64,000 bases of DNA from contig DFFP01000009.1 in the NCBI GenBank assembly GCA_002372275.1, positions 5,833 through 69,832 of the forward strand, in the 5' to 3' direction. Position 1 is the stretch's first letter; every line of letters starts with the position of its first letter. Shown here piece after piece: positions 17,727-25,741 of this stretch. Position numbers and translations under genes: made by a program. Under the pieces are notes generated by a model. It ran no database searches and was not told where the DNA came from. It saw only the letters and a program-made list of their open reading frames with translations. Origin of the DNA: Alphaproteobacteria bacterium UBA3773 (GTDB lineage Bacteria; Pseudomonadota; Alphaproteobacteria; RF32; CAG-239).

Positions 17727-18139
17727 TAAGGAGGAATAGTTATTAAACCATCATTTGTGAGGATTTCCTCAAAAATTATGTTTCCAAGATTATCGTAAAT
17801 TTTATGATTAATAATGTATTGTTCCGGTGTCGTTTGGTCTTTTGTTAAAGAAAAAGAGTGATTTGTATTTGTGTGAGATGTACATTCAAGGTTAAGGCAC
17901 TCATTACAAAGCATTTTTATATAAGATTCTTGATTTTCAATAAGAGAACAAGGAATATTTAAGGTAATATTGTTTCGCGAATTTTCATAATATTTCGAAC
18001 TTGGTGTTAAAACATAAAATGCTTCTTTGTCAGAAGTTACTAATTTTTGATAGAAAACAGGATGTAAAAAAAACGTTTTAGTTTGAGCATAAGCATTGAT
18101 GCTCACAATAAAAATGAAAAGAAAGAAAAATTTTTTCAT
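17720..18139 (-). CDS. Secreted moron protein, paralog B
   Basis: MKKFFFLFIFIVSINAYA signal peptide. The same 45-bp upstream element (agattctatatagggtttgttaaaatatgataaag) occurs at 17322..17380. Confidence 0.6.
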   Translation of the reverse strand: MKKFFFLFIFIVSINAYAQTKTFFLHPVFYQKLVTSDKEAFYVLTPSSKYYENSRNNITLNIPCSLIENQESYIKMLCNECLNLECTSHTNTNHSFSLTKDQTTPEQYIINHKIYDNLGNIIFEEILTNDGLITIPPYQ

Positions 18140-18204
18140 CTATGACACCTCGCCTTAGAGATTCTATATAGGGTTTGTTAAAATATGATAAAGAGGGGAT
18201 GAAT

Positions 18205-18453
18205 TGTATGAGCTGTTTTTTTGATTTTGATTGACAATTTTTGTAAATTGTGCCATCCTTAAAATAAGGCAGGGTGGTATCTGCCCCGAGGATTAGAACC
18301 CTCTCACTCGTTGCTAATGAAAGCGTAAAATTTCCTTCCGGTTAAGGCTGGAAGGAGGCTAATAATCGATTATTGAAAATATGCCCGCTATTTCGAGTGA
18401 ATAGGTTCTAACTTCCAGTCGCCTTACCAAGGCGAATTTTTTTATGGAGGCAT
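18205..18453 (+). promoter_or_regulatory. Structured 5' leader with an intrinsic terminator just upstream of the RBS (attenuator- or riboswitch-like)
   Basis: TTGACA at about 18229. Long-range helix ggattagaacc...tcactcg/cgagtga...ggttctaa. Hairpin ccttccggttaaggctggaagg. Terminator cgccttaccaaggcg plus a T8 run ending at 18445. The gene's ATG is at 18454. The antiterminator candidate ggctggaag/cttccagtc overlaps the terminator. Confidence 0.5.
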
Positions 18454-19176
18454 ATGATGAAAAAAATATTTATTATCGGGATATTCAGCTTTATGATTAA
18501 TTTTTCTGCACATGCAGAAATTATAATAGGTTCGGATTGCAATAATAAATGTACTTGGTTTTATGATACGCAAACGCAAGATTTAAGAATTGCTCCAAAT
18601 GCAGGCGCATCAGGGGATTTAGTTGTTGGAAATGGTGGTTCATCTTTTGGAGGTATCACAATCAACAATGTGACAATTGAAGAAGGAATTACAGGTTTTA
18701 ATGCTAACAGATTTAACACGGGGATGGGAACAGGATATACAGGAAAAGGAACATTAAAACTGCCGGAAAGTTTGAAGATGACAACAGCATCCGGAAATAT
18801 AGATTTGGCTTTTCAAGCTCTTGATTTGACGGCGACAAATTTGCAAAGCGTCGATTCACTGTCTATACGGCGTTTGCAAAATGTTATCTTAACACCTAAA
18901 GAAGGTTTTGTATTTCCGAGTAATTTTTTGGGAAGATGGAGAAACAGTAAATATACCGGTGCTTATATTGAAGGGGATATCACTATTCAGTGCCGCGGGG
19001 AAATGGCGCTTTGTGAGCAAATGATGGCTAAAGTGAAAGAATACGAAAATAGTCTCGGGGTTGATTTTTTTGTTCGTTATTTTGATAATAGAAAACGCCG
19101 AATTTATACGATTGACGAGGCTGTTGAGGCTCTGGGTAAGAATAATAAAAATACGTTTAGGTTAAAGTATCGGTAA
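18454..19176 (+). CDS. Secreted protein, paralog of 30952..31809 (conserved KRRIYxIDEA...KNxxTFxLKYR C-terminus)
   Basis: Signal peptide MMKKIFIIGIFSFMINFSAHA. Shares a GS[DE]C...CT[WY].YD N-terminal motif and the C-terminal about 25 aa with the ORF at 30952..31809. Confidence 0.7.
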   Translation: MMKKIFIIGIFSFMINFSAHAEIIIGSDCNNKCTWFYDTQTQDLRIAPNAGASGDLVVGNGGSSFGGITINNVTIEEGITGFNANRFNTGMGTGYTGKGTLKLPESLKMTTASGNIDLAFQALDLTATNLQSVDSLSIRRLQNVILTPKEGFVFPSNFLGRWRNSKYTGAYIEGDITIQCRGEMALCEQMMAKVKEYENSLGVDFFVRYFDNRKRRIYTIDEAVEALGKNNKNTFRLKYR

Positions 19177-19400
19177 GGGAAAAAATAAGGAAAAATCGCC
19201 TTTGAAAGCGCAAAAGCGCGGGCGATTAAGCTCAGATCCCTTAATGACCTGACGCGCCGCGCAGGTCAAGGGATGACAGGGTAAGGTGAAGATGCCTGAC
19301 GCTTTGCTTTTGGCATTACCGGTATGACAGAAAAGAGGATGGCGGTTTCAATATTTTATGTGCACGCTGAAATTTTTTTTAGCGTGTTTTTTTAATACTA

Positions 19401-19961
19401 ATGAAAGGAAAGAAAATGAGCGTTGAATTTTCAATGTTTCAAAGTGCGGTCAGTTCGCAAAATACAAATAACGGTGTTTTTGCAAGGTTTTATGATCGGT
19501 ATGTTAAAACAGGCGAGATGTTAAAAAACGGATTGCCGGAATTTAAAACAAAACTTTATGTCGAAATCAAGGTTAAAGATCAATATGACGTTTTTGATCA
19601 GCCGGCAGAAGAAATACACATCAGGCGTTTTCCAAAAGCGTATGAAATGTATTTACATGAGAAAAAAGAATTACAAAGCGGTACGCCGCTTTTTTTGTTT
19701 GCTTTTTTGGATCAGGGACAAATTGAAACATGTCGGTTTCGGGGAATATATACCGTTGAAAAATTAGCTTCGTTGAATGATTTGGATGCAAAAAATTTGG
19801 GGCTTGAAAAAGAAAAAAAATTGGCACTGAAATTTTTGAAAGCCTCTCAAAATAATCTGGCTGTTTTAAAAGCACAAAATAAAGAAGAATACTACTTGGC
19901 GGAAATTCAAAAACTCAAAGATGAAATTTCGGAGCTGAAAAAAAATGCCGTCCAAATGTGA
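19401..19961 (+). CDS. Phage protein, hypothetical (C-terminal coiled coil)
   Basis: 186-aa ORF whose 3' end overlaps the GNAT gene. Confidence 0.45.
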   Translation: MKGKKMSVEFSMFQSAVSSQNTNNGVFARFYDRYVKTGEMLKNGLPEFKTKLYVEIKVKDQYDVFDQPAEEIHIRRFPKAYEMYLHEKKELQSGTPLFLFAFLDQGQIETCRFRGIYTVEKLASLNDLDAKNLGLEKEKKLALKFLKASQNNLAVLKAQNKEEYYLAEIQKLKDEISELKKNAVQM

Positions 19962-20385
19962 GATTATTTCGGATTTATCAGGCGAAGTGGTGCACTTTGT
20001 GTGTCGGGGATTAAATGAAAATGAAGATTGGGTGGGGCAAAATATTACGCTCGGCATCAAATTAAATCATGAGTTAATTGCAGGAATTATTATCAACGAT
20101 ATCAGAGCAGGTCTTGATTGTTGGCTCACCATTTTTTCGTGCGATAAGAGGTGGTGCAACAAAAGAGTGCTGAGGGCCGTTTTTGATGTGGTTTTTGATT
20201 TTTTAAAATGCAAGCGCGTCGGGGTTATGGTTGATGTTCAAAATGCCAAAAGCCGGACATTGGTCGAGAGGCTCGGATTTCAAAAAGAAGGAATTTTGCG
20301 CGCCTTCTTAAATAACGGACATGATGCGCTGATTTATTCAATGTTAAAAAAGGAATGTCAATGGAGGACAAAAGATAATGAGTAA
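19945..20385 (+). CDS. GNAT-family N-acetyltransferase
   Basis: LVERLGFQKEGILRAF is the acetyl-CoA-binding motif A of GNAT enzymes. Length 146 aa. Confidence 0.7.
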   Translation: MPSKCEIISDLSGEVVHFVCRGLNENEDWVGQNITLGIKLNHELIAGIIINDIRAGLDCWLTIFSCDKRWCNKRVLRAVFDVVFDFLKCKRVGVMVDVQNAKSRTLVERLGFQKEGILRAFLNNGHDALIYSMLKKECQWRTKDNE

Positions 20386-21058
20386 AAGTTTAAACGTTTT
20401 CAGTAAGGTAGGTAATGGTTTGAAAGTTGGCTATAACAGTCAACCGACAAACGATTTTTTGAATTACTTAAATAATTATAATACTTCAAATGTGGATCAT
20501 ACCTTAAACAATTTAACAAGCTGGGCATCAAGGGCCAGCGATAATTTGCAAAATATGGGCGGGTATACATTTCAGATTGACGGCTCGGAAGATTTGAAAA
20601 ATAATATCACAAATGCAATGTATCAAAATTATTTAAGTAAACTTTTGCCGCAATATGAAGCCGAGCAAAATGATTTGCAAACAAGGCTCTTAAATCAGGG
20701 ATTGGGGGTGAATACTGCCGCCTATCAAAATGCGATGAATAATTTGGTATCGGCTCAAAACGGGGCCTTAAATGATGCGATTTCAGAGGCAGTTAATGCC
20801 GGAAATACGGCATATAACAATGATATTCAAAATCAAATAGCTATTGGAAATTTTCAAAATAATGCGGCGCAAAATTATATCAATTTATTGCTTTCGGCGC
20901 TCGAAAATTCGCTCAGCTCTTATGATGTGGCACAAAATAAATATGAGGCCGGAAATAATTTATCGGCAGCGCAAAGCAAAGCGCAAAATCAATCGGTTCA
21001 AAATCAATTAAAGGCTATTAAGATTGCTGCGGATACGGCAAAATCTTTGTGGAGCTAA
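20378..21058 (+). CDS. Asn/Gln-rich phage tail-associated protein
   Basis: Low-complexity N/Q/A-rich 226-aa ORF immediately upstream of the tail-collar fibre gene. Confidence 0.4.
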   Translation: MSKSLNVFSKVGNGLKVGYNSQPTNDFLNYLNNYNTSNVDHTLNNLTSWASRASDNLQNMGGYTFQIDGSEDLKNNITNAMYQNYLSKLLPQYEAEQNDLQTRLLNQGLGVNTAAYQNAMNNLVSAQNGALNDAISEAVNAGNTAYNNDIQNQIAIGNFQNNAAQNYINLLLSALENSLSSYDVAQNKYEAGNNLSAAQSKAQNQSVQNQLKAIKIAADTAKSLWS

Positions 21059-21069
21059 AGGAGGATAAA

Positions 21070-21828
21070 ATGGCTTTTGACAGTGAGGGTAATTTTACAC
21101 GTTTGCATAATTGGGAAAATGATAGATTAAACGATATTGCAATTATTGCAGACAGACACGATGAAGAAGATAACGGCTTTGCACAAGGGTTAAATGAGTG
21201 TTTTTTAAGAGATGGTCGTGTGAGCCTTTCAGGTTCGCTTAAAATGGGAGATCATCAGATTAAAAATTTGGCACCGGCAACTGTTTCAACAGATGCCGTG
21301 AACAAGGCTCAGCTTGAAAATGCATCATCCAATGTGACTGAGGCTTTAACAATTTTGCTCAATAAACTTTTTAAGATCGGCGATATCAAAGCCTCAACAA
21401 GGGCAGCTAATCACGATCACTGGTTTTTGTGTAACGGGCAGGCCATCTCTCGAACAGCGTATTCACAATTGTTTGCACTTATCGGAACAAATTTTGGGGC
21501 AGGTGACGGGACAACAACATTTAATTTGCCGGATTATAGAGGAAAATTTTTGCGCGGCCTTGGCGGGGATTCTGAAGCTGATATTTATACAACCCAAGCC
21601 GAGGGACTACCTAATATTACGGGTTCAGCTTATGTTTATTCGAGAGTGAGCGGTGAGGGCGCTTTTGAAGGTAGCAATAATCAGGCTGGCGGTATTGATA
21701 ATAATGGTTCAGGTAATAAAACTCTTTCATTTGATGCCTCGCGTTCATCAGCGATTTACGGAGCATCAGAGCATGTGACGCCCATCAACCAGGCCGTCAA
21801 TTATTTTATAAAAGTTTTGGAGGAATAA
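21070..21828 (+). CDS. Tail fibre protein with a phage tail-collar domain
   Basis: TTFNLPDYRGKFLRGLG matches the tail-collar motif (FxLPDLRGRF). RBS aaggagg before the ATG at 21070. Confidence 0.75.
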   Translation: MAFDSEGNFTRLHNWENDRLNDIAIIADRHDEEDNGFAQGLNECFLRDGRVSLSGSLKMGDHQIKNLAPATVSTDAVNKAQLENASSNVTEALTILLNKLFKIGDIKASTRAANHDHWFLCNGQAISRTAYSQLFALIGTNFGAGDGTTTFNLPDYRGKFLRGLGGDSEADIYTTQAEGLPNITGSAYVYSRVSGEGAFEGSNNQAGGIDNNGSGNKTLSFDASRSSAIYGASEHVTPINQAVNYFIKVLEE

Positions 21829-21829
21829 T

Positions 21830-22189
21830 ATGACAGGTGTGATTAGAGAAAATGGCAATTTAATTGAAGTCAGGCAAGGGGACAGTTTTGAAATCGACAT
21901 TTGTATCTGTAAAGAAAATGAAAATGTAGATTTAACAGGCGCGACCATAAAAATGCAATGTCGTCAAAAAAGTGATGATGCACTTGTATGGAGCTTAACC
22001 GGCACAGCAGTTGATGTTTTGCATGGGAAAATTTCGCTGATTTTAACACCTGAAAATACTTCGATTGATGTTGGGGATTATAAAACGGATATTGAGGTTC
22101 GATTTTCAGATGGGACAGTTCATACGATTTTTCCGCAGGATGTAAATAAAATCGGAACACTTCGGATAACTGAGCAGGTGACAAAATGA
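21830..22189 (+). CDS. Phage tail-associated protein, hypothetical
   Basis: 119-aa ORF within the tail-fibre cluster. Confidence 0.4.
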   Translation: MTGVIRENGNLIEVRQGDSFEIDICICKENENVDLTGATIKMQCRQKSDDALVWSLTGTAVDVLHGKISLILTPENTSIDVGDYKTDIEVRFSDGTVHTIFPQDVNKIGTLRITEQVTK

Positions 22190-23046
22190 GAATAAAAGAT
22201 GAGAGTGCTCAATTAAATGCGGATCTATCATCAAAAAGTGAGATTATGGTTGATATTAAACCTCAACAAGCTTTTGAGATTGTGTGGCGTGAAGGTGCAC
22301 AAATAGATGTTAAAACCGCATTAAAATATATTAAGTCCGGTGAAAAAGAAATTGATGAATATGTTCAAACATCACTTGAAAGCGCCTTAGAAGCTAAGCA
22401 AGATGTAATCGAAGATTTAGAAAATATCAGATCGGGGGCAAATTTAGGAATAACTTCAGTTCAACCTTCTGATTTGATACTTGCGCTTGAGCAAAAACAA
22501 GACACACTTGTTTCAGGAACGAGTATTAAGACAATCAACAATCAATCTTTATTGGGAAGTGGTAATATTGATATTCAAGAAAGTGGAGCGGTTGACAGCG
22601 TCAATGGTAAAACAGGAACTGTTGTTTTAAGTACAAATGACTTAACAAATGACAGCGGATATATTACAACTTCGGCATTGGCACCTTATGCTTTATCATC
22701 AAGTCTTGCAAGCGTTGCTTTAAGCGGCGATTATGATGATTTGATTAACAAACCCGGTTTTATGCCTGATTACAGCGCAGGAGTAAGTGTTTCTACATCT
22801 CAAGGAAATACATATACGGTTCCTGCAGATGGTGTTATTAAAGCGAAAATAAATTGGAGTGGCTCAACGGTTCTTGATATACGTGAAAATAATAGTAGTG
22901 GAGAACAACTGATTTATTGTTGGCAACAAAACAACAACGGTTCAACTTGTTATATACCTGTCTCAAAAGATATGGTTCTTTATTTTACCGAAAGAAATGG
23001 TGCAGATGTTCAGTTTTATCCATACAAAGGAGTTCAAAATGCTTAA
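22186..23046 (+). CDS. Tail fibre protein
   Basis: VNGKTGTVVLSTNDLTNDSGYIT fibre-repeat motif. Position next to the tail-collar fibre. Confidence 0.6.
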   Translation: MRIKDESAQLNADLSSKSEIMVDIKPQQAFEIVWREGAQIDVKTALKYIKSGEKEIDEYVQTSLESALEAKQDVIEDLENIRSGANLGITSVQPSDLILALEQKQDTLVSGTSIKTINNQSLLGSGNIDIQESGAVDSVNGKTGTVVLSTNDLTNDSGYITTSALAPYALSSSLASVALSGDYDDLINKPGFMPDYSAGVSVSTSQGNTYTVPADGVIKAKINWSGSTVLDIRENNSSGEQLIYCWQQNNNGSTCYIPVSKDMVLYFTERNGADVQFYPYKGVQNA

Positions 23047-23389
23047 ATACGCAAAAATATCAGAAGAACAAACAAAAAAATGTGATGTTGGTTTAGGTTC
23101 TAATATAGCTTTTTATAAATCTATCGGTATGACAGAGATGGATGTTGAACAAGCCTATAACGGGCAGTGGTATGTGAAAGGATATGCACCGTTAAAACCT
23201 GAGCCGACAGATGAAGAACAAAAACAAAAAAGAGCGGCAGCTTATCAAGCAGAAGTTGACCCGATAACGGCACATATTCAAAGGCTTCGTGATGAAGAGG
23301 GAGAGGAAGAAAAAATCAAAGAGCTTATTGAACAGCGCAAACAAAAAGTCGAGGAAATTAAAGAGCGCTACCCTTATAAAGGAGAATAA
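23039..23389 (+). CDS. Putative tail-fibre assembly or chaperone protein
   Basis: Small acidic ORF directly downstream of and overlapping the fibre gene. Confidence 0.35.
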   Translation: MLKYAKISEEQTKKCDVGLGSNIAFYKSIGMTEMDVEQAYNGQWYVKGYAPLKPEPTDEEQKQKRAAAYQAEVDPITAHIQRLRDEEGEEEKIKELIEQRKQKVEEIKERYPYKGE

Positions 23390-23392
23390 ATA

Positions 23393-23668
23393 ATGAACGA
23401 TATTAAGATACTTTGGTTTATTGTGATGGCGGCGATTGTTTCCGCCATTTTGCGTTTTAAAAACATAACTCAGCTCTGCTTTGACGGATTGCTCGGTTTT
23501 GTGATGGGCTATTCTTTTTATCTGCTCTTGGGTTATTGGATTGCAGATGGGGCAACAAGGGCCGGCTTTACGGGGGTGATTATTTTATGTTCACGCCCGT
23601 TATATGACGGGCTTAATCACATTCTTTCAAGCAGGCTTGAAGATTTATTGGAACGGTATTTAAGATAA
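23393..23668 (+). CDS. Putative holin
   Basis: 91 aa with 2 to 3 predicted transmembrane segments, immediately upstream of the spanin pair. Confidence 0.5.
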   Translation: MNDIKILWFIVMAAIVSAILRFKNITQLCFDGLLGFVMGYSFYLLLGYWIADGATRAGFTGVIILCSRPLYDGLNHILSSRLEDLLERYLR

Positions 23669-23895
23669 TGAAACGTTTGCTCTTTTTATTTTTAAGTGTT
23701 TCGTGTTTGTGCCTTTTTTCGTATTTGGCGGGATATAATAGAGCGTTCCAAAAAATGAAAAATGCACATATCAAAGAGCTTGAACAAAAAACTGAGGTGA
23801 TTAAAAATGAAAATCAAAAACGCGCTCAAATATGGGCTCAGCCTCATGCTTTACATCATGAGCTTATCGGGTTGTTCCTGCAAAACAAATTATGA
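23668..23895 (+). CDS. i-spanin (Rz-like)
   Basis: N-terminal transmembrane segment plus a coiled coil. ATGA overlap with the holin stop. Confidence 0.6.
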   Translation: MKRLLFLFLSVSCLCLFSYLAGYNRAFQKMKNAHIKELEQKTEVIKNENQKRAQIWAQPHALHHELIGLFLQNKL

Positions 23896-24049
23896 GTATT
23901 GCCCCGTTTATCCTTTGGGTGGCGAAAAGGTCGGGCATGAACTTGAAAAACTAAACGGGGAAGAATTTGAAGCCACATTTGAGTGGATAGCCAGAATAAA
24001 TAAACTAAGGCTTGAGCTTGAAGAATGTCAAAATAAACAAATGAAATAA
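23807..24049 (+). CDS. o-spanin (Rz1-like lipoprotein) overlapping the i-spanin out of frame
   Basis: Lipobox LSGC, a second Cys, and a start embedded in the Rz-like gene in a different frame. The true start may be the internal Met at 23849. Confidence 0.6.
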   Translation: MKIKNALKYGLSLMLYIMSLSGCSCKTNYEYCPVYPLGGEKVGHELEKLNGEEFEATFEWIARINKLRLELEECQNKQMK

Positions 24050-24050
24050 A

Positions 24051-24084
24051 AAAAGACGACTTCTTATAAGAAATCGTCTTTTTC
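24051..24084. terminator. Bidirectional terminator between the convergent o-spanin and outer-membrane-protein genes
   Basis: Stem aagacga/tcgtctt with an A-run and a T-run flanking it. Confidence 0.6.
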
Positions 24085-24086
24085 AT

Positions 24087-24614
24087 CTAAATCGGGAATT
24101 TCAAACCAAGTTCAGGTGTGAGCATGGTCACATCAAATTTCCCGGCAAAGCGTGCCTTAAAACCTGCCGTGAGGTAGACGTTTTGGTGCAGACGCCACTC
24201 GGTTGCAAGCCCGACACTTAAAAGAAAGGCAGCGCCTAAAGGCTTGGCATCCGAATCTAATACGACGTATGCTCCTGTCTCAATCACAGGACCGAACAAA
24301 CCGTATTTACCGGCTGTTATCATGTCTTGAAACCTCAGACCTGTGGCAACAGCATAGCGCCACGCATAACTCGTGCCGTAATCGGCAAACGCACTTAAGG
24401 TCAGAACACCGTCGTGAAAGGTGTTAAAGCCTCGGCCGACTTCAAGTGATCCTTGAAAACAGGGATCTCCGATACGTTTTTCTCTGTCAATGGAGGCAGC
24501 GTGGAGTTCTGCACGGCCAGCAATAAACCAACGGTTCATGTACGGCGCTTCGTTTTGTGCATGCAAAAGAAGCGAAGCCATTACGCAAATGGCTGATAAA
24601 AATAATTTCTTCAT
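24087..24614 (-). CDS. Small outer-membrane beta-barrel protein (Opacity/OmpX/PagL-like)
   Basis: Signal peptide, alternating amphipathic beta-strands with aromatic girdles. 175 aa. Locally higher GC content. Confidence 0.55.
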   Translation of the reverse strand: MKKLFLSAICVMASLLLHAQNEAPYMNRWFIAGRAELHAASIDREKRIGDPCFQGSLEVGRGFNTFHDGVLTLSAFADYGTSYAWRYAVATGLRFQDMITAGKYGLFGPVIETGAYVVLDSDAKPLGAAFLLSVGLATEWRLHQNVYLTAGFKARFAGKFDVTMLTPELGLKFPI

Positions 24615-24772
24615 GATTTAATAAATTTAAATTGATGGTGTCATTGTAAACGAAAAAAAATTTTTGTCCAGTATTTTTTTTAAAAGAAAGGATTTTTTTT
24701 TAATAATATTGGACTTGAATTTTTCAAAGGTATGTCATAATATGTAACAAATTTTGAAAAGAAGGTTTATCA

Positions 24773-25741
24773 ATGAAAAAAGTTTTATGGGTTTTGACAG
24801 ATAATAGAATGGGCAGTGTCGGGCAAGCAAGAGGCATTACGGCACAGCTCAATGCCGCGCATTTTGAAGTGCTTGAAAAAAAAATAGAATACACGAAACT
24901 TTCAGGATTGCCGAATTTTATTCGTCAAAAAACTTTAATCGGTTTAAGCTCAAATTCTAAAAAAGAAATCGTTTCGCCGTGGCCGGATATGGTTTTATCT
25001 ATCAGCAGAAGAACGGTGCCCGTGGCCAGATATATTAAAAAGAACTCGCCAAGCACAAAACTTATTCAGTTGATGTATCCGGGAGAAACAGGACTTGATG
25101 ATTTTTCACTCGTTATTTTGCCGGAGCATGATAAAGATAAGCCTTATCACAAAAGTTTCAGGTATATTATCGGGGCGCCGCACCGCGTGACAGATAAGGT
25201 CTTAAAAGAGGCAGCCTTAAAATGGAAGAAAGCATTTGAAAAATTGCCGAAACCATGGACGGCTCTGATTGTCGGCGGAAGTGTGAAAGGAAGACCCTTT
25301 TCACTTGAAAATATTGATGAATTTGCAAAAAAAGTGGCCGCTTTTAAAAAATCAACAGGTGGATCGCTTTTGATAACAACATCGCGCCGAACAGGATCGG
25401 ACGCCGAACAAATCATTTTAGATGCCTTAAAAGATGTGCCATCCTATAATTATCTTTGGGGGGATACGTCAGAAAATCCGTATCTCGGATTTTTAGCGCT
25501 TGCAGACAACATTATCGCCACAGGCGATTCTGTTTCGATGGTTTCGGAAGCCTGCGGAACGGGAAAACCTGTTTTCGTGTTTGAGGGGAAAAGCTGGCTT
25601 TCAAAAAAGCATTATCGCTTTATTCATGCCCTTTATGAAAACGGATATGCTGCGCCGCTTGATGTACGCTACAAAAACTTTCAACCGACAAACACCTTAA
25701 ACGCTGCAATCGACGCCGCGCGCGAAATTGAACGACTTTAG
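24773..25741 (+). CDS. ELM1/DUF1022-family protein
   Basis: WTALIVGGSVKGRPF...GGSLLITTSRRT pattern, typical of the mitochondrial-fission ELM1-like family common in alphaproteobacteria. Confidence 0.6.
   Translation: MKKVLWVLTDNRMGSVGQARGITAQLNAAHFEVLEKKIEYTKLSGLPNFIRQKTLIGLSSNSKKEIVSPWPDMVLSISRRTVPVARYIKKNSPSTKLIQLMYPGETGLDDFSLVILPEHDKDKPYHKSFRYIIGAPHRVTDKVLKEAALKWKKAFEKLPKPWTALIVGGSVKGRPFSLENIDEFAKKVAAFKKSTGGSLLITTSRRTGSDAEQIILDALKDVPSYNYLWGDTSENPYLGFLALADNIIATGDSVSMVSEACGTGKPVFVFEGKSWLSKKHYRFIHALYENGYAAPLDVRYKNFQPTNTLNAAIDAAREIERL

Noticed and set aside
20378-21058. The Asn/Gln-rich 226-aa protein as a prion-like or amyloid effector
   Set aside because: Low-complexity N/Q-rich segments are common in phage tail-fibre and needle proteins. 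Its position in the fibre cluster explains it adequately.
5893-24084. Integrase, excisionase or replication genes of the prophage
   Set aside because: I scanned all listed ORFs and the intergenic frames for tyrosine or serine recombinase, helicase or primase signatures and found none. Absence is therefore reported as a finding. I have not assigned any ORF to these roles.
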